DNA from: Cenococcum geophilum
Lineage: Eukaryota
Assembly (NCBI GenBank): GCA_050273025.1
Contig: CP158635.1
Location: 19,964,001-20,028,000, forward strand
DNA length: 64,000 nt
Direction: 5' to 3'
In this document: one piece after another, positions 48,501 through 60,968 of the stretch
How the letters are laid out: each line of letters starts with the position of its first letter
Numbering within the stretch: position 1 is the stretch's first letter
Program-made: the position numbers and the translations under genes
Notes under the pieces: generated by a model
Database searches by the model: none
What the model was told of the DNA's origin: nothing
Seen by the model: only the letters and a program-made list of their open reading frames with translations

Positions 48501-50300
48501 TTATATTAGTGCGGTAAAGTTAAGCGTTATTTATATAGATATATAGTCTATAGTAATTAATTATATATTTTCTAGTCCGTAAAATACTAGTCGGTTTATA
48601 AGTATTTCTTATATAAATATAAGGTCGATTATACTCTCTTAGGTTTCTCTTTTCTAGGTAGATTTGTTAGTTAGAGTAGTTAAGGCAAGGCCCTGCGTTT
48701 CTAGCTTATTTAGTAAGTAAATCGCCTATACCTTAACTATAGCCTACTATCCTCCCTATAATATATAGTATATATTAAAGTCCCTTAAGACTATTACCTT
48801 ACCTTCCGCTATATTAATAGCTTATTAAAGTAGTCACTATATAGTAATTTAGGGCTTATTATCCCTTAGATTGTAAATATCAGTTATACTAGTTTAGCCC
48901 CTATTAGTAGCTACTTATAGTTTGCCTATATTAGGCCTAATAGTATAGTAGCTCTATACTTATATATTAATACGTTAACTAACTAGGAAGTATATATAGG
49001 TAGTATCCTTTTAGTTAGTATATTTTACGGGTTTACTTTTTATATACTAGTTCCTATATAGCTATTATCTAGTACTCTTCTAGGTCTAGGCTATTAAATA
49101 AAGGACGTATTACTCTATAGTTTAAGTATCTGTAGTTATATTATACTATTATTAGCCCTTTTATAGTATTAGTTAGTCTAGTAACTTATAGGTATTTTCT
49201 ATTTACGTCTAGCCGGGCTTTATACTAGAGGTTATTTAAACTATTTCTTTACATACTACCGCCGCTATAAGAGTATATATATTAGATCCCGCCATACTTA
49301 TAATAAGTTTATAAGTACTTAATATCTTTTTAGCCGTATAGTAACGTAAGGGGGGATACGTTACAGCCGATTATATCTCTTAGATTAGTAGGTTAATTAT
49401 TAAAGTACTATATATTTTAACCCTTTAGAACCCTAGTAATACCTCTATATATATTATACGTACTTTATAAAGCTATATAAACTTATATAACTTTAGATAT
49501 AGTAATTCCTAGGACTAGCTTTATAATAACCTTTATAATTTTTTAGATAAGTTATAAATTTATAGCGCCTTGCCTACTTTCTACTTATATATTAAGGGGT
49601 ACCCTAATTACTTTAACTAGGTAGTTTTAGTAGAGGATTTTATACTTATAGATATCTCCCTAGGTAATAGCCTAGTCCTTTACCTATTAGTTAGGGAGTA
49701 TAACCTCTATACTACTACTATATAGGACCCTTACTACTACTGCCTTTAGTATATACACTCTAATTAATATAAGGATCTATTTTAGCTCTACTTCTATAAC
49801 TTCTAGTATTTAGACCCTAACTATAGACTTAATAGGTGCTACGCTAGGTATACGCTAAGGGGGCACTAGTTAGGCGCTGGCCGTAATATTAGCCTATAAG
49901 GGCTTTATTATATACGTTATTAGTATTCCCTATAATTTTATCGCATCTTTAATACGCCTATTCTCTATAGCGTCCTAATTCCTATTATATCTTATCTATA
50001 GTTTCTAGGCGATTCGCTTTGCCTATTAAGCTATCTGCGCTACCCCTATATATAGGTAATTATCTTCTCCCTTCTCTAGATCTTCTTTAATGTCTTTTAG
50101 AATATTTATAAGTTTCTACTATTTCTAATTATTATCCTTTAGTTATTATAGTTAGGTCGTCTCCTATTAAGTATATTATAATGTTATGTTTTTCTATACA
50201 GCATCCTACTTTTAAGTTTATTACAACCCTTCTACATCGCGTAGGCTTTCTAGCTGTACTATATATATTAGCTCTAGGGTATATTATACCCTAAATTTAA
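45565..50300 (-). mobile_element. Near full-length RIP-degraded Tad1-like LINE (gag-endonuclease-RT-zinc knuckle)
   Basis: De-RIPped motifs: endonuclease GDFN.HH..WGG (~48760-48790), RT F..DK..LIHF and LKVLGV (~46940-47070); same 3' UTR as the other copies. 5' boundary approximate. Confidence 0.8.
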
Positions 50301-51429
50301 TTAGGAGTGGTTATTTCTTTATTAAATAAGTAGTAGGCGCGTTCTACTACTATAGCAGCTTTATCTATAGATATATAAGCGTCTTATATACTTTATGTAT
50401 ATATTTATATAAGCTACTCTTCTATACTTTAACCCTAATTTCTCTTTAATAATTATTACTAATGCCTTAGACTTTATATATACTATAATACTTATACCCT
50501 ATTATATATTATAGCTAGAGGTTTAATAATACTAAAGTTTAATATAATACCTATAATAAAGAGCTTTATACTATAGTATAAAGCTTTAATGTATAGAAAT
50601 ACTATTTTTAATATACTCTATATATAATATATACTTAATAATTATAAAGAGCTAATTAGTATACTAGGCCTATTATATAAAGAAATTAACTAAGTTTAAT
50701 TATAAGATTAAATATAACCTTAGTAAGTTAAACTTAGTAAATATCCTATTATATTACTTAGACTATATAAAAGAGTTTTAAAAAGGCAGTAAAAGGATAA
50801 TCCTTAATACTATACTACTAATAATATAGTAAAAGTTATAGGTAATAAGCCTTATAGGATGCTTATCTAGTACTACTACATTAACTATACTATAAAAAGT
50901 ATATAAGTGACCTTTATAACTATAGTACTAATAAGCTAAGGTACTCTATTATAATAACTTTATAAGTAGTATCTATATTATATATTAACCTACTAGTATA
51001 GACTTTATATAGAGTTATATACTATAGTAAGAAGTAATAGTAATAGCTTTTACTAAAAATAACTTTTAAAAAAGAACCTTCTAAACTATATTTAAATAGT
51101 ATAGGATAAGGTTACTAATTCTTATACTATTTATAAGAAGTTATAAAGGGGAAAATGCCTATTAGTATAAAAGATTATATTTCTTAATTAAAATAATCTT
51201 ATATAATAAAAGAGTAAAGTTTTAATACAAATTTTTTTTGGCTTTATTAAAAGATCTTTTAAAGGAATTATAATAATCCTATAATAGACCATTATAGCTT
51301 TAATTATACTTATAAGGTAATTATATAAAAGTATATTTAAGATATAGTTTTTTAAAAACCTTTATAGAGATTAAATTTAATATAATACCTACTAATGTTT
51401 TAAAACTTATTATTATATACTTATAGTAT

Positions 51430-53045
51430 ACTAGAAAACCTTTTAGAAAAGATAGTTATAGAACGTATATAAGAGGCGGCGGAAGTATAGGAGCTACTAT
51501 TATAGATATAAATAGGTACAAGAAAGAAAAGATTAACCCTCTTAGCCCTCTCCCTAATTACCTCTAGTATTTAAGCGGTATAGTAAGATTACCTAGGATA
51601 TATTATATCTATGCTAAGCCTAGACCTAAGCAAAGCATTTAATAATATACTATATAAGAGACTTATATAAATCTTAAGAAATAAGGGCCTACTAAACTAG
51701 ATAATTAAGTTTATCTAAGTTTTCCTAATAGGGCGTACTATAAAATTATAATTAAGAGCTATAAAAGCGAATTATACTAGGTATCCTATAGCGATTAACC
51801 CTATTACTAACCCTATTTCTTTTCTTTATATCTAAACTACTAGAGATATATAATAATAGCTAGGATATAATAGCTCTAGGATTTATAGATAATATAAACC
51901 TAATTATATAGGGAAATACTCTAGTAGAAAACTATACTAGGCTAAACTAGGCGTATAATAGGTATATTATATAGGCAAAACAATACGGCGCTAAATTTGC
52001 ATTAGATAAATACTAGCTTATATACTTTATAAGGAAAAAGAGGGTAAGTAGCGATCTAGCTTTAATAGTAAATATCTAGAGCTATAAAGTAAAACTAAAA
52101 GCTACTCTTAAGGTCCTAAGGGTCTAGGTAAACTCTAGGTTAGACTAGAATGAGAATATTATATAGGCAACTTATAGGGGAGTAGTAGTATTTTTAATAG
52201 TATTATAAATTGTTATATTAATATAGGGACCTTCTTTTAAATATACACGCCTACTATATATAGTAGTAGTAAGGCTAATAATGCTATACGGCTTCTAGAT
52301 CTAGGGCCTAGGACTAGGCGGTAAGGTGCTAGTAAAAAGCTCCCTAGCGCCGCTAACTAAGCTATAAAACTAGTACTTATATAGGACTATAGAGGCCTAT
52401 AGAAGAACACTACGCGCTATACTAGAAAGCGAAGTAGTAATTCTATTACTAAACTTATATATTAACTTAACTACTATATAAAGAGCAGTTATAGTATAAA
52501 GCTACCTAGTAGAAGAAAATATATATTAAATATTAAAATGTATATAAGGAACGAGATATATATAAGGAGCGAGGGTCCCTTAAAGGAGCAATACGCCTAA
52601 GTATACTAGCTAGGAAGCCCTCTACCTATAAGCGGTAAAGAGAAAAAAGGAAATATAGGAACTATTAACTTACCAGGCGGAGACCTAGCGCTATACTAGT
52701 AGAGCGCTATAACGGCAATAGAGGATAGGAGGCTATTAATATAGATAGAGATCTACTACACCAATTATAAGATAGGTAGATCTTAAATAAAAGCGACAAT
52801 AGAAGGAGGTAGTGAAAAAATAAGACGCAGCTATATAGAGCACCCTATAGTTAATATAAACTATCCCCTAATATAAAGGACTAATAAAGGTAGAATCTAT
52901 AGCCGCCTTTCTACTACGGATAAAGGTCCTAGGTCTAAATGTATAGCTAGCAAAGCATCTCTATTTTAAATACCTTACCTTAATATATATACGGGTGGCC
53001 TATTTAGTTAGTACGCCATATTCTACTATTCTATAGTTACCGCTT
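51430..53045 (+). mobile_element. RIP-degraded LINE RT/C-terminal fragment(s)
   Basis: GFIDNINL (~GFVDDTNL RT motif, ~51880), KFALDKY*LIYFIR, LKVLRV*VNSRLD*; homologous to the inverted copy at 46000-47600. Confidence 0.8.
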
Positions 53046-54100
53046 TAAGCAGAGCCTTATACAGAGCTTTGAGTAGAGCCTCGTTTAGAGCTTTAAGTAG
53101 AGCTTCGCGTAGAGCTTTGTGCAGAGCTTCGTGCAGAGCTTCGAGCAGAGCTTCGTGTAGAGCTTCGAGCAGAGCTTCGAGTAGAGCTTTATGCAGAGCT
53201 TCGTGCAGAGCTTCGTGCAGAGCTTCGTGCAGAGCTTCGTGCAGAGCTTCGTGTGCAGAGCTTCGTGCAGAGCTTCGTGTAGAGCCACGTGCGGGCGTGT
53301 AGAGGTGCAGATGTGCAGACGTGCAGACGTTCGTACGGGCGATTAATTGCAGAGACGTTTATAGAGACGATTGTATGGGCGTTCGTACGGATGTTCGTAC
53401 GGGCGATTGTAGAACCTTCCTAGTATATTAGCGCTGCGTGTTAGTAGAGCTTTGCAGCTCTATATAGGGCTTTAAGCAGAGCTTCGAGCAGAGCTTCGAG
53501 TAGAGCTTTTACAGAGCTTCGTGTAGAGCTTCGTGCAGAGCTTCGTGCAGGGCTTCGCGCAGAGCTTCGCGCAGAGCTTCGTGCAGGGCTTCGCGCAGAG
53601 CTTCGTGCAGACCCCGTGCAGAGTCACGTGCAGGCGTACAGACGTGTAGCTGTGCAGACGTGCGGATATTCGTACGGGCGATCAATTGCAGAGACGTTTG
53701 TAGAGACGATTGTATGGGCAATTGATCGATTGATTGTATGGGCGTTCGTACAGGCGTTTGTACGAGCGAATGCAGAACCTTCCTAGTATATTAGCGCTGC
53801 GTGTTAGTAGAGCTTTGGAACTCTATATAGGGCTTCGACCAGAGCCTTAACCAGAGCCTCGACCAGAGCCTTGACTAGAGCTTCGACCAGAGCTTCGACC
53901 AGAGCTTCGACCAGAGCTTTAAGCAGAGCCTCGTGCAGAGCTTCGTGCAGAGCCTCGTGCAGAGCTTTATATAGAGGTTGTGTTCGTGCAGGCGTTCGTG
54001 CAGGCGTTCGTGCAGGCGTCGTGCAGGTGTCGTGTAGGCTTCGTGCGGGCTTCGTGCAGGCTTCGTACAGCCTTTTGTACAGGCGTTCGTGCAGGCAGCA
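53045..54100. repeat. 12-bp minisatellite right arrays arranged as higher-order repeats (array + ~170-200 bp spacer)
   Basis: GCAGAGCTTCGT-type units at ~53045-53290, ~53470-53610 and ~53830-53970; spacers ~53290-53465 and ~53620-53830 share GAACCTTCCTAGTATATTAGCGCTGCGTGTTAGTAGAGCTTTG. Confidence 0.92.
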
Positions 54101-55280
54101 GAGGAGTAATAAATCAGGTAATAAGGTACAGAATGAATCTAGATATAATATATTAGCTATTTAGGTGTTTATCTACTATAAATATTGATATAGGAGGTCA
54201 AACGTTAAGGATTGGTGATGGTTGATGGCTCTAGCTGAATGTTTACTGCTTTGGCGGTAATATTTAAGGCGAAACGTAGCGGTAACCACCAGGCCGTTCG
54301 CAATAATTTTGGCAGCGTTGGAATCGCCTTATAAAGTTCTAGAACATAACGTTGGCCGATTGTTTATAAAGGCGTTGGTTTGTTGTTGATTGATAGCTGA
54401 AAAATTAGTATGGCGCGCGAGTTTGTATGAGGATTACATATAAATTAGCGCGCGGGACTAACAAATTTCCGAACCGTGTACCAGACGATCATCATTATAA
54501 GCTGATTAATCTTTATGTAAGCAGCTTGTGATTGGATGATCGTCTGGGACCGAGATAAGATTCAGCGGGTTAAGGGATAACTCTGGAGGATCTCAGCAGC
54601 CTTTAGCGATTACGAACGTTAGACGGAAGTGAGCCGAACCAAACGCTGACCTCGTACTTTCTAAGAATGGCTGAGTAATGGTTGCTTCCTCTCACCCTTT
54701 CATCCTTTGATTCCACATGCTATGACTTGCAGCTTTGTTCGCCCGAGATTCGGCTTGGCCGAATCTGCCCCGCCGCCTTTGGGCATCCTTCAGCACGGCA
54801 GGCACGTCATCTTTCCGTGGCGGGGCCAGGCCTTTGTAACAGTAATCAAAGCTGGCCTTCGTATCAATAGCCTTCCCACCAGAACCTTCGAGTGATTCCT
54901 CAACGTCACGATTCGAGCTTCGACCACTATTGCAAATATCTAAACTCGTAAGTCAAATTCATTGTTATGGGTGTTGCGCAAGACCACAGCTTTTCGCGCA
55001 ATCTCAGCTATACCAGAGCTTGCCGAGTTTCTCACTAAGCATCATTGAATAATCGGCGACACTCCAGTGCATTCCATCGAAAAAGCCATCTCAAATTCTT
55101 TCCCATAATCAAATCAACCTCTTTCCCTATATATGGTCCTCTTATCTCTTAATGTTTGCTCCTGCATCATTCAGAAGAGCCATACTCACTACTGCGCGAT
55201 CTCGCATAGCTACCGCTTCGCAAACAAACCTCTATCGACTCATCCCCATCCGTCAGTTCTCCCATAATACAAGCAGAAAA

Positions 55281-55791
55281 ATGGGCGTCAAAGACTTGGG
55301 ATCGTGAGTATTCCTCTTTTATAAGCTTCAGACCGCGTTGGTCATTTAGCTTGAGAAAGGCTGCTCGCGAGTATTACAGCATTTATGCTAACTTATCTGC
55401 TATATTATAGAAAGGCTGAGTTCGACAAGGCCCTTAAAGACAACAATGACAAGCTTGTTGTTCTTGACTGCTTCGCAGAATGGTGTGGTCCTTGCAAGTT
55501 CATCGCACCCCATATTGTCAAGTAAGATCTCACCCATTTTCTACCGCCCTCACTACTGGGCATAGACTGACACAACATTTTCACAGGTTTTCAGACACCT
55601 ACAAGGAGGCCGCATTCTTCAAAATCGACGTAGATGAAGTCCTTGATGTCTCACAAGAACTAGGCATCCGCGCCATGCCAACATTCCTGTTTTTCAAGGA
55701 TGGCGAGAAGGTCGCCGAAGTTGTTGGCGCGAACCCGAAGGCTATTGATGCAGCGATCAAGGCCAATTTGCCCAAAGAGGAGGATGCATAG
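55281..55791 (+). CDS. TRX1: Thioredoxin, 2 introns
   Basis: [19 protein letters not shown] (WCGPC active site); FFKIDVDE...[26 protein letters not shown]. Confidence 0.96.
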
Positions 55792-58097
55792 ACAATATTT
55801 TATAATGGGTTGGTTGAGGCCATAATGCCAATTAATGGCAAGACATGACTTTGGGATTTGGGACTGGCGTGATGGGCAGCGGGCTTTGCATACTCACGGC
55901 GGTTCTACCTGTGGTGCTGTCATTCAACGAATTCAAGGATAACAATAGATGTGCGTTTGGAAAGTTCTGTACATTTGTGACAAGCGCCAGCTCCCATAGA
56001 TGTTCTGCACCTGACAAATTCCCAACGAATTTCGATTTCCTGATGGATATACCATTTCACTAAATTCATTAAATTACGTACAGCCATGATTATCAAGCTA
56101 ATTAAGAGAGAATAATTATATATGTCGTACAGTCACCTCCCAGCTTACTACCACCTGCGATATCGGTGCAAAAGAATTTAACCGGCTTCCGCAGAGCACA
56201 ATTGCCGAGGCGCGACTCTTTTTATCAGTGAATAGGACATTTGGAGAAGACATTGAATAACGATCCGTAGGGTAGAATATGCATAGCATCACGGTCTGCT
56301 CTCTCCTTTAGAACCTTCTTCTAAATGATGTCTAGGCAGCGTCAAGAATTCGAAGGACCGCCTACCCAAGGTGCTGGTCGTCCAACTCGTCACAGCTCTT
56401 GTACACTTTATACTTATGCCCTTTTAAAATGGTTTGGAAGTTCTAATAACAGATCTTATCTTGGGTTTCATTAGAGTCGTGAAAAAGCTTTCGCTTTACT
56501 GCAAACTATCTCTGAAGTGCATCGCATCTTGGATCGTGCCTCTACCCTTCAACAAAAACACTCTTGACCAGCACCATCCATCAAACTTCAGCTCACAAGT
56601 CTATTACCATTTCACATGTCTCAAATTTCACATGAATTAGTAAACGGACATCATGCTTGCAATGAGATTTCTCGAGATCTTCTGAGCCGGCTTTTACGGT
56701 GTACAAAAGTCAAACAATCAGCACTTCATGACCGCTGGACGAAGATTTACAGATATTCAAGGCTTCGGGCAGATTGATATTCGGAACAAGCACGCGGATC
56801 TGAAGAGTGCCATATCCTAAGCCCTGGCGCAATTCATAACGAGTACTTTCATCTAAGTACCGACATGTCCTATTGCACCCGAGTTTTAGTAGTTGCAGGG
56901 CTAATTTTCATTTTTTACAGACCTGGATAAGTACCAAAGGAAAATCTAATGACATCTTAGCGCCACAAACTGCTCTTGAGCGCAGGTTCACGGGAATACC
57001 CATTATGCAGGCCCTTTGTGTCTTTGGACGTTGTCTTGGTGGTGATAGGCTTGCCTATTTTATCAACTTTCTATTCAGCCCTAAGTCTCTTTTCTATAAC
57101 TTGTGATGCATTCCGACCAATAAGATCCATATATGCTCCGTTTTCAATCTTCTCTGTTTGAGTTAGCCGACCTTGAATGTTCTAGAGTCTTGCCGCGCTT
57201 ATTAGCGGACTCGACGCTCTTCGTACCATCCAAGTCTGGCATCACAATATTGATATAATTATAGGTATGTTGGAGAGAATGCGTGGTGCTGGGGTGAATT
57301 GAATCCAGCCACTTTCACTCTAGGAAAGAAGACGACTTCTCTGAAGGCACAAAATCACTCGAGGAATCTAGCTGCTTACAGCCTACCAGAACTTTGACAA
57401 CGTTGTATCTTGGCCATTACGCTAGGGCCCCTCGATAATCCCCCTTGTCGGGAGCTTCCAGGAAACTTTGGCGTTACCGTAACGGCCATCCCGTTACTTC
57501 GTTGCTAGAAAGAATTTTCATGTTGTTAGCTTGTTTGGTTTATCGAGAACTCGACCGTAAAGTTAACTTAGGCTTTTACACATGCCCAACACCACCAGTG
57601 CTTGCAGTGATTACAATTCTCTGAGAGACTAGTGTCGCCCCAACGTCCTATTCCAATAATGAACCTTAAACTTCCAAGACCAAGAGAGTTACTTGCAAAT
57701 ATCGTTTCCATCTTTTTTCCAATACAAGCCATTCTTACTTTTCAATGTTCGGCCGTCCTAATTCAAGCCTAGCTTCTACCGCACTATATTTGGGTACAGT
57801 CTTTTAGAATTCCTATTTACCTTTCAGGGAAACTAACTTCCTCTCACTACTTACATCGACATTGGTTGACCTCATAACGAGACATTACACCCTATCGTCT
57901 GGTCCGCACCTTGCCAAGGTCAAGCTTCAGTTCATGAGTGGGTTCAACATGAGAACCATTTATCTACATGTTTTTCGTCGCATCCAATGGCTCAGAAGAG
58001 TAGAGAGCTATTAAATATAGAGGCTTCCCTGACCCATCAGTATTGTTTCCGCTGGTCAAACTACACTACAACTCCGCCAACCTACCTCAAGCCGCCA

Positions 58098-60148
58098 TGA
58101 CTAATGTCAAAGGGGTACTCGCGCTCCTTACGCTGCTTAACAGTACTGTGGTTGCATTGCCTCAGGCCAGTAACAGAGCAGGGACGAGAACAGGTAAGTA
58201 CGCGGACAGTCCACATTCTCCCAATACTAATGTTACAGTCCTCTCTCTGATGCATATCGGGTTCCGCTGGTACTCGTTCTAGTTACGGTGTACCGACTCA
58301 GCAACCTGAGACGTGCTACTATGTTGGCGGAACAGAATATTGTGGTAATTGATCCAATATCCCTCTCCAATCAAATTACTCACTTTCTGCCAAGGATGGA
58401 TTGATTCTACTTCTACCGAATACATCAGCTCCAGCTCTCAAATGCCAAGTACCCAATATGTAGTTTACACGGCTAAGACTACCAGAACCACCTAGACCAA
58501 GTATCTGAGTTCAAGCATGTAAACATCAAGTAGCCAGTCGATTGCACACACAACGAAGATAGAGAGCACTACCGCCACAAGCTGTGTCACACCCAGCTCG
58601 ACCACGCAGACTACGAGCGTTATCTACACGACCAAGGCTGCAAGCACCACTCAAACTGGCTACGCCACCCCCAGTTCCAGTATGCAGACACCAAGCGTCA
58701 TCTACACAACGAAAACTACCAGCACAACCGCTACGGAATACACTACCTCTAGCTCGAGCTCGCAATCAGTAAGCGTTGTCCGCGCGGCTAAGGCTGCGAG
58801 CGCCGCTCAAACCGCCTACGTCACTTCTAGCTCAAGTACGCAGGCCCCAGGTATCGTGTACACTACTAAGACTACGAGCACAACCGCTACAGAGTATCCT
58901 ACCCCTAGCTCAAGCCCGTAACCAACAAGTATTCTCTACCAACTAACACTACATGTACAACCGCTACTAGCCACGTTGCTTCTAATTCAAGCTCAAGTAC
59001 TTAATCACCAAGCATCATTTACACAGCAAGAACGACCGCTACGGAATACACTACTCCCAGATCAAGCTCAAGCACGCAGACGCCAGAATCAAGCTGGCCA
59101 GAACTAAGGTGGTCAGAACCAGGGTGGTCAAAGTCAGGGCGGCCAGAACCAGGGCGGCGCTCCCTCAGCCGGAGCCCAATCTGCATATCAGCCATAGGCT
59201 CCATAGGGACCCCAGAGTGCATACCAGTCCTACCAGTCTTGTTACGCTACTGCCACAACATCGGCTGTAGCTAGGAGTGCCACTTCTGGCGCAACTGAGT
59301 CACAAGCTTCAAATACAGCTGAAGCACAGAGTGCAAATGCGTCTGGATCGCTAGGTGCAGGCCAACCCGCTTCGCAGACGGCGGCCCAGTCAGGCTCACA
59401 AACAGGATCTCAATACTTCCAACCCATGTATACAACATACCAATCAGGTGCCTAGACTTCTGCCCAACCGGCATCACAAACGTCCGCCCCGGAAAGTTCT
59501 CAAGCGGTTCAATCAGGTTCGTAGGCCTCTGCTTCAGCGGCCTCACAGATATCCGCCCAACCAAGCTCGCAGATTCAATCGCGGACCATAGCTGCTGTTA
59601 CCAGCTCTTCGAATGGACAGGCTTCAGTCACGACGGGAGCTTCGCAGACCGTTTACCTCACCTCTACAATACCTTGCTCGTCCTGCGCTAGCAGCTCCAC
59701 CGTAACTGTGTGTAGTACAAGTGTCGGCCCAGCCGTTTATGTCACCCAGACCGTCGCGTGTACGTCGTGTGTCGGCGGATCTACCACAACTGTTGTTCCA
59801 GTGCAAACTTCGTATGTGGCAACTGTAAACATATCTTCCAGGCCCAACTATCGAGACAACCATGACCAATGATTGCACCAATTGTAAAGGCGGTTCAACA
59901 GTCGTTAAGTCACCCGGTTCTCAATCTATCCTTCGAAATATATTTACTAACCATTTCTTACAGTTGCTGCCTCAACAACGGCAGCCGCGTCAAGCTATGA
60001 AGCCAATGCATCTGCCACTCAGAACAACAACACGCCCACGGCTTACAGCCCCAACCCATCCTCTACCTTTGTGAGCAGCGGCAGTGTCATGCATACTCCA
60101 ATCTTTGGGGTCGTCATGGCCATTGTTGTCTGCTTCATTATAATGTGA
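58098..60148 (+). pseudogene. Decayed secreted Ser/Thr-rich GPI-anchored cell-wall protein / adhesin with 26-aa repeats
   Basis: Signal peptide MTNVKGVLALLTLLNSTVVALP; canonical introns; repeats QTPSVIYTTKTTSTTATEYTTSSSSS; C-terminal ...FVSSGSVMHTPIFGVVMAIVVCFIIM* (GPI-signal-like); several in-frame stops and frameshifts. Confidence 0.75.
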
Positions 60149-60968
60149 TAACCACATTGATACTGTCAGGCTAATGTCCCAAGATTCCTACGTTGACGGA
60201 GTTGACCCGAGGCCTCGGAATGATTTCTTTTCCCTTTACTTGACTCTATCTTAACCTCTTAGCCACATATCTTTACCCCAGTATTAGTCGTTATGAATCT
60301 TATTCCTGTTTTATCTCTACATGTTTCTGGTGTGGATCTGAGTGACAATGTCTCACTCTTTGCGCCCCCCAACGTTGAGTACATATGATAGAGTCAGAGG
60401 TACTAGCGATGAGCAGGGCTGCTACGAATAATGAGCCGTCTTGTATCTCTCTCTCTCCTGAGGCGATTGGACGGAGCAGCAACCAACTATGATATTGCTG
60501 AGTGACTAGTTTGCGGGTAAAATGGGACTACCGTACTTTTTTCGATATGATCCTTTTGATATACGATAAGCTCGAGAGTATAGGGTATGAGGCCGTGGAT
60601 CATAGGTTCTAACAGCTTTGATATTTTGTGGGGTTTGTAGTAGAGAAAAAGCTATGCTGTTTATTATTAGCCCTACTACGCCACAAAGATGTGATGATCC
60701 ATGCGATTAGTGCTATCTGATCCAAGTCTATGACATTCAGATACTCTATGTTTTTGACAAAGCCGTCCACGCGAGTTGACCATTTCCTCAGTTACTGCCA
60801 TGTCACGTGAGTTTAGACAAGTGTTCAAACTTGGGTGTCAGGCCATTCACAAAAATACAACTAAAACATCAGATATGAAGTGGACCTTCAAAGGCGCATA
60901 GAATATCCCTACCATCTATTCGCTAACAAAGGTTGGGAAAATACCCTATATTCCCATTCTGCTCTAGC

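Larger units (their letters stand above)
41059..54558. mobile_element. 13.5 kb TIR element with 8-bp TSD GATTCAGC (Academ/KDZ/hAT-like; superfamily unresolved)
   Basis: GATTCAGC at 41051-41058 and 54559-54566; outer TIR TTGTCTCGTTCCCAGAC vs TTATCTCGGTCCCAGAC (reverse complement); inner 38-bp IR 41138-41175 / 54449-54486 with 2 mismatches. Confidence 0.85.
40777..54569 (+). mobile_element. Internally deleted piggyBac-type remnant (~285 bp of its own sequence: 40777-41058 plus 54567-54569), split by the 13.5 kb insertion
   Basis: TTAA at 40773-40776 and 54570-54573; ends CCTGCTGA / TCAGCGGG; contains C..RTRWGCSVCRIPFC..GPYWEEH resembling the piggyBac C-terminal cysteine-rich domain. Confidence 0.65.

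Noticed and set aside
53045..54100. Array-plus-spacer structure as CRISPR-like
   Set aside because: Eukaryotic context, spacers are copies of each other rather than unique, and there are no cas genes.
56100..58000. Possible gene relic between thioredoxin and the adhesin pseudogene
   Set aside because: Only short interrupted frames with no recognisable family signature.
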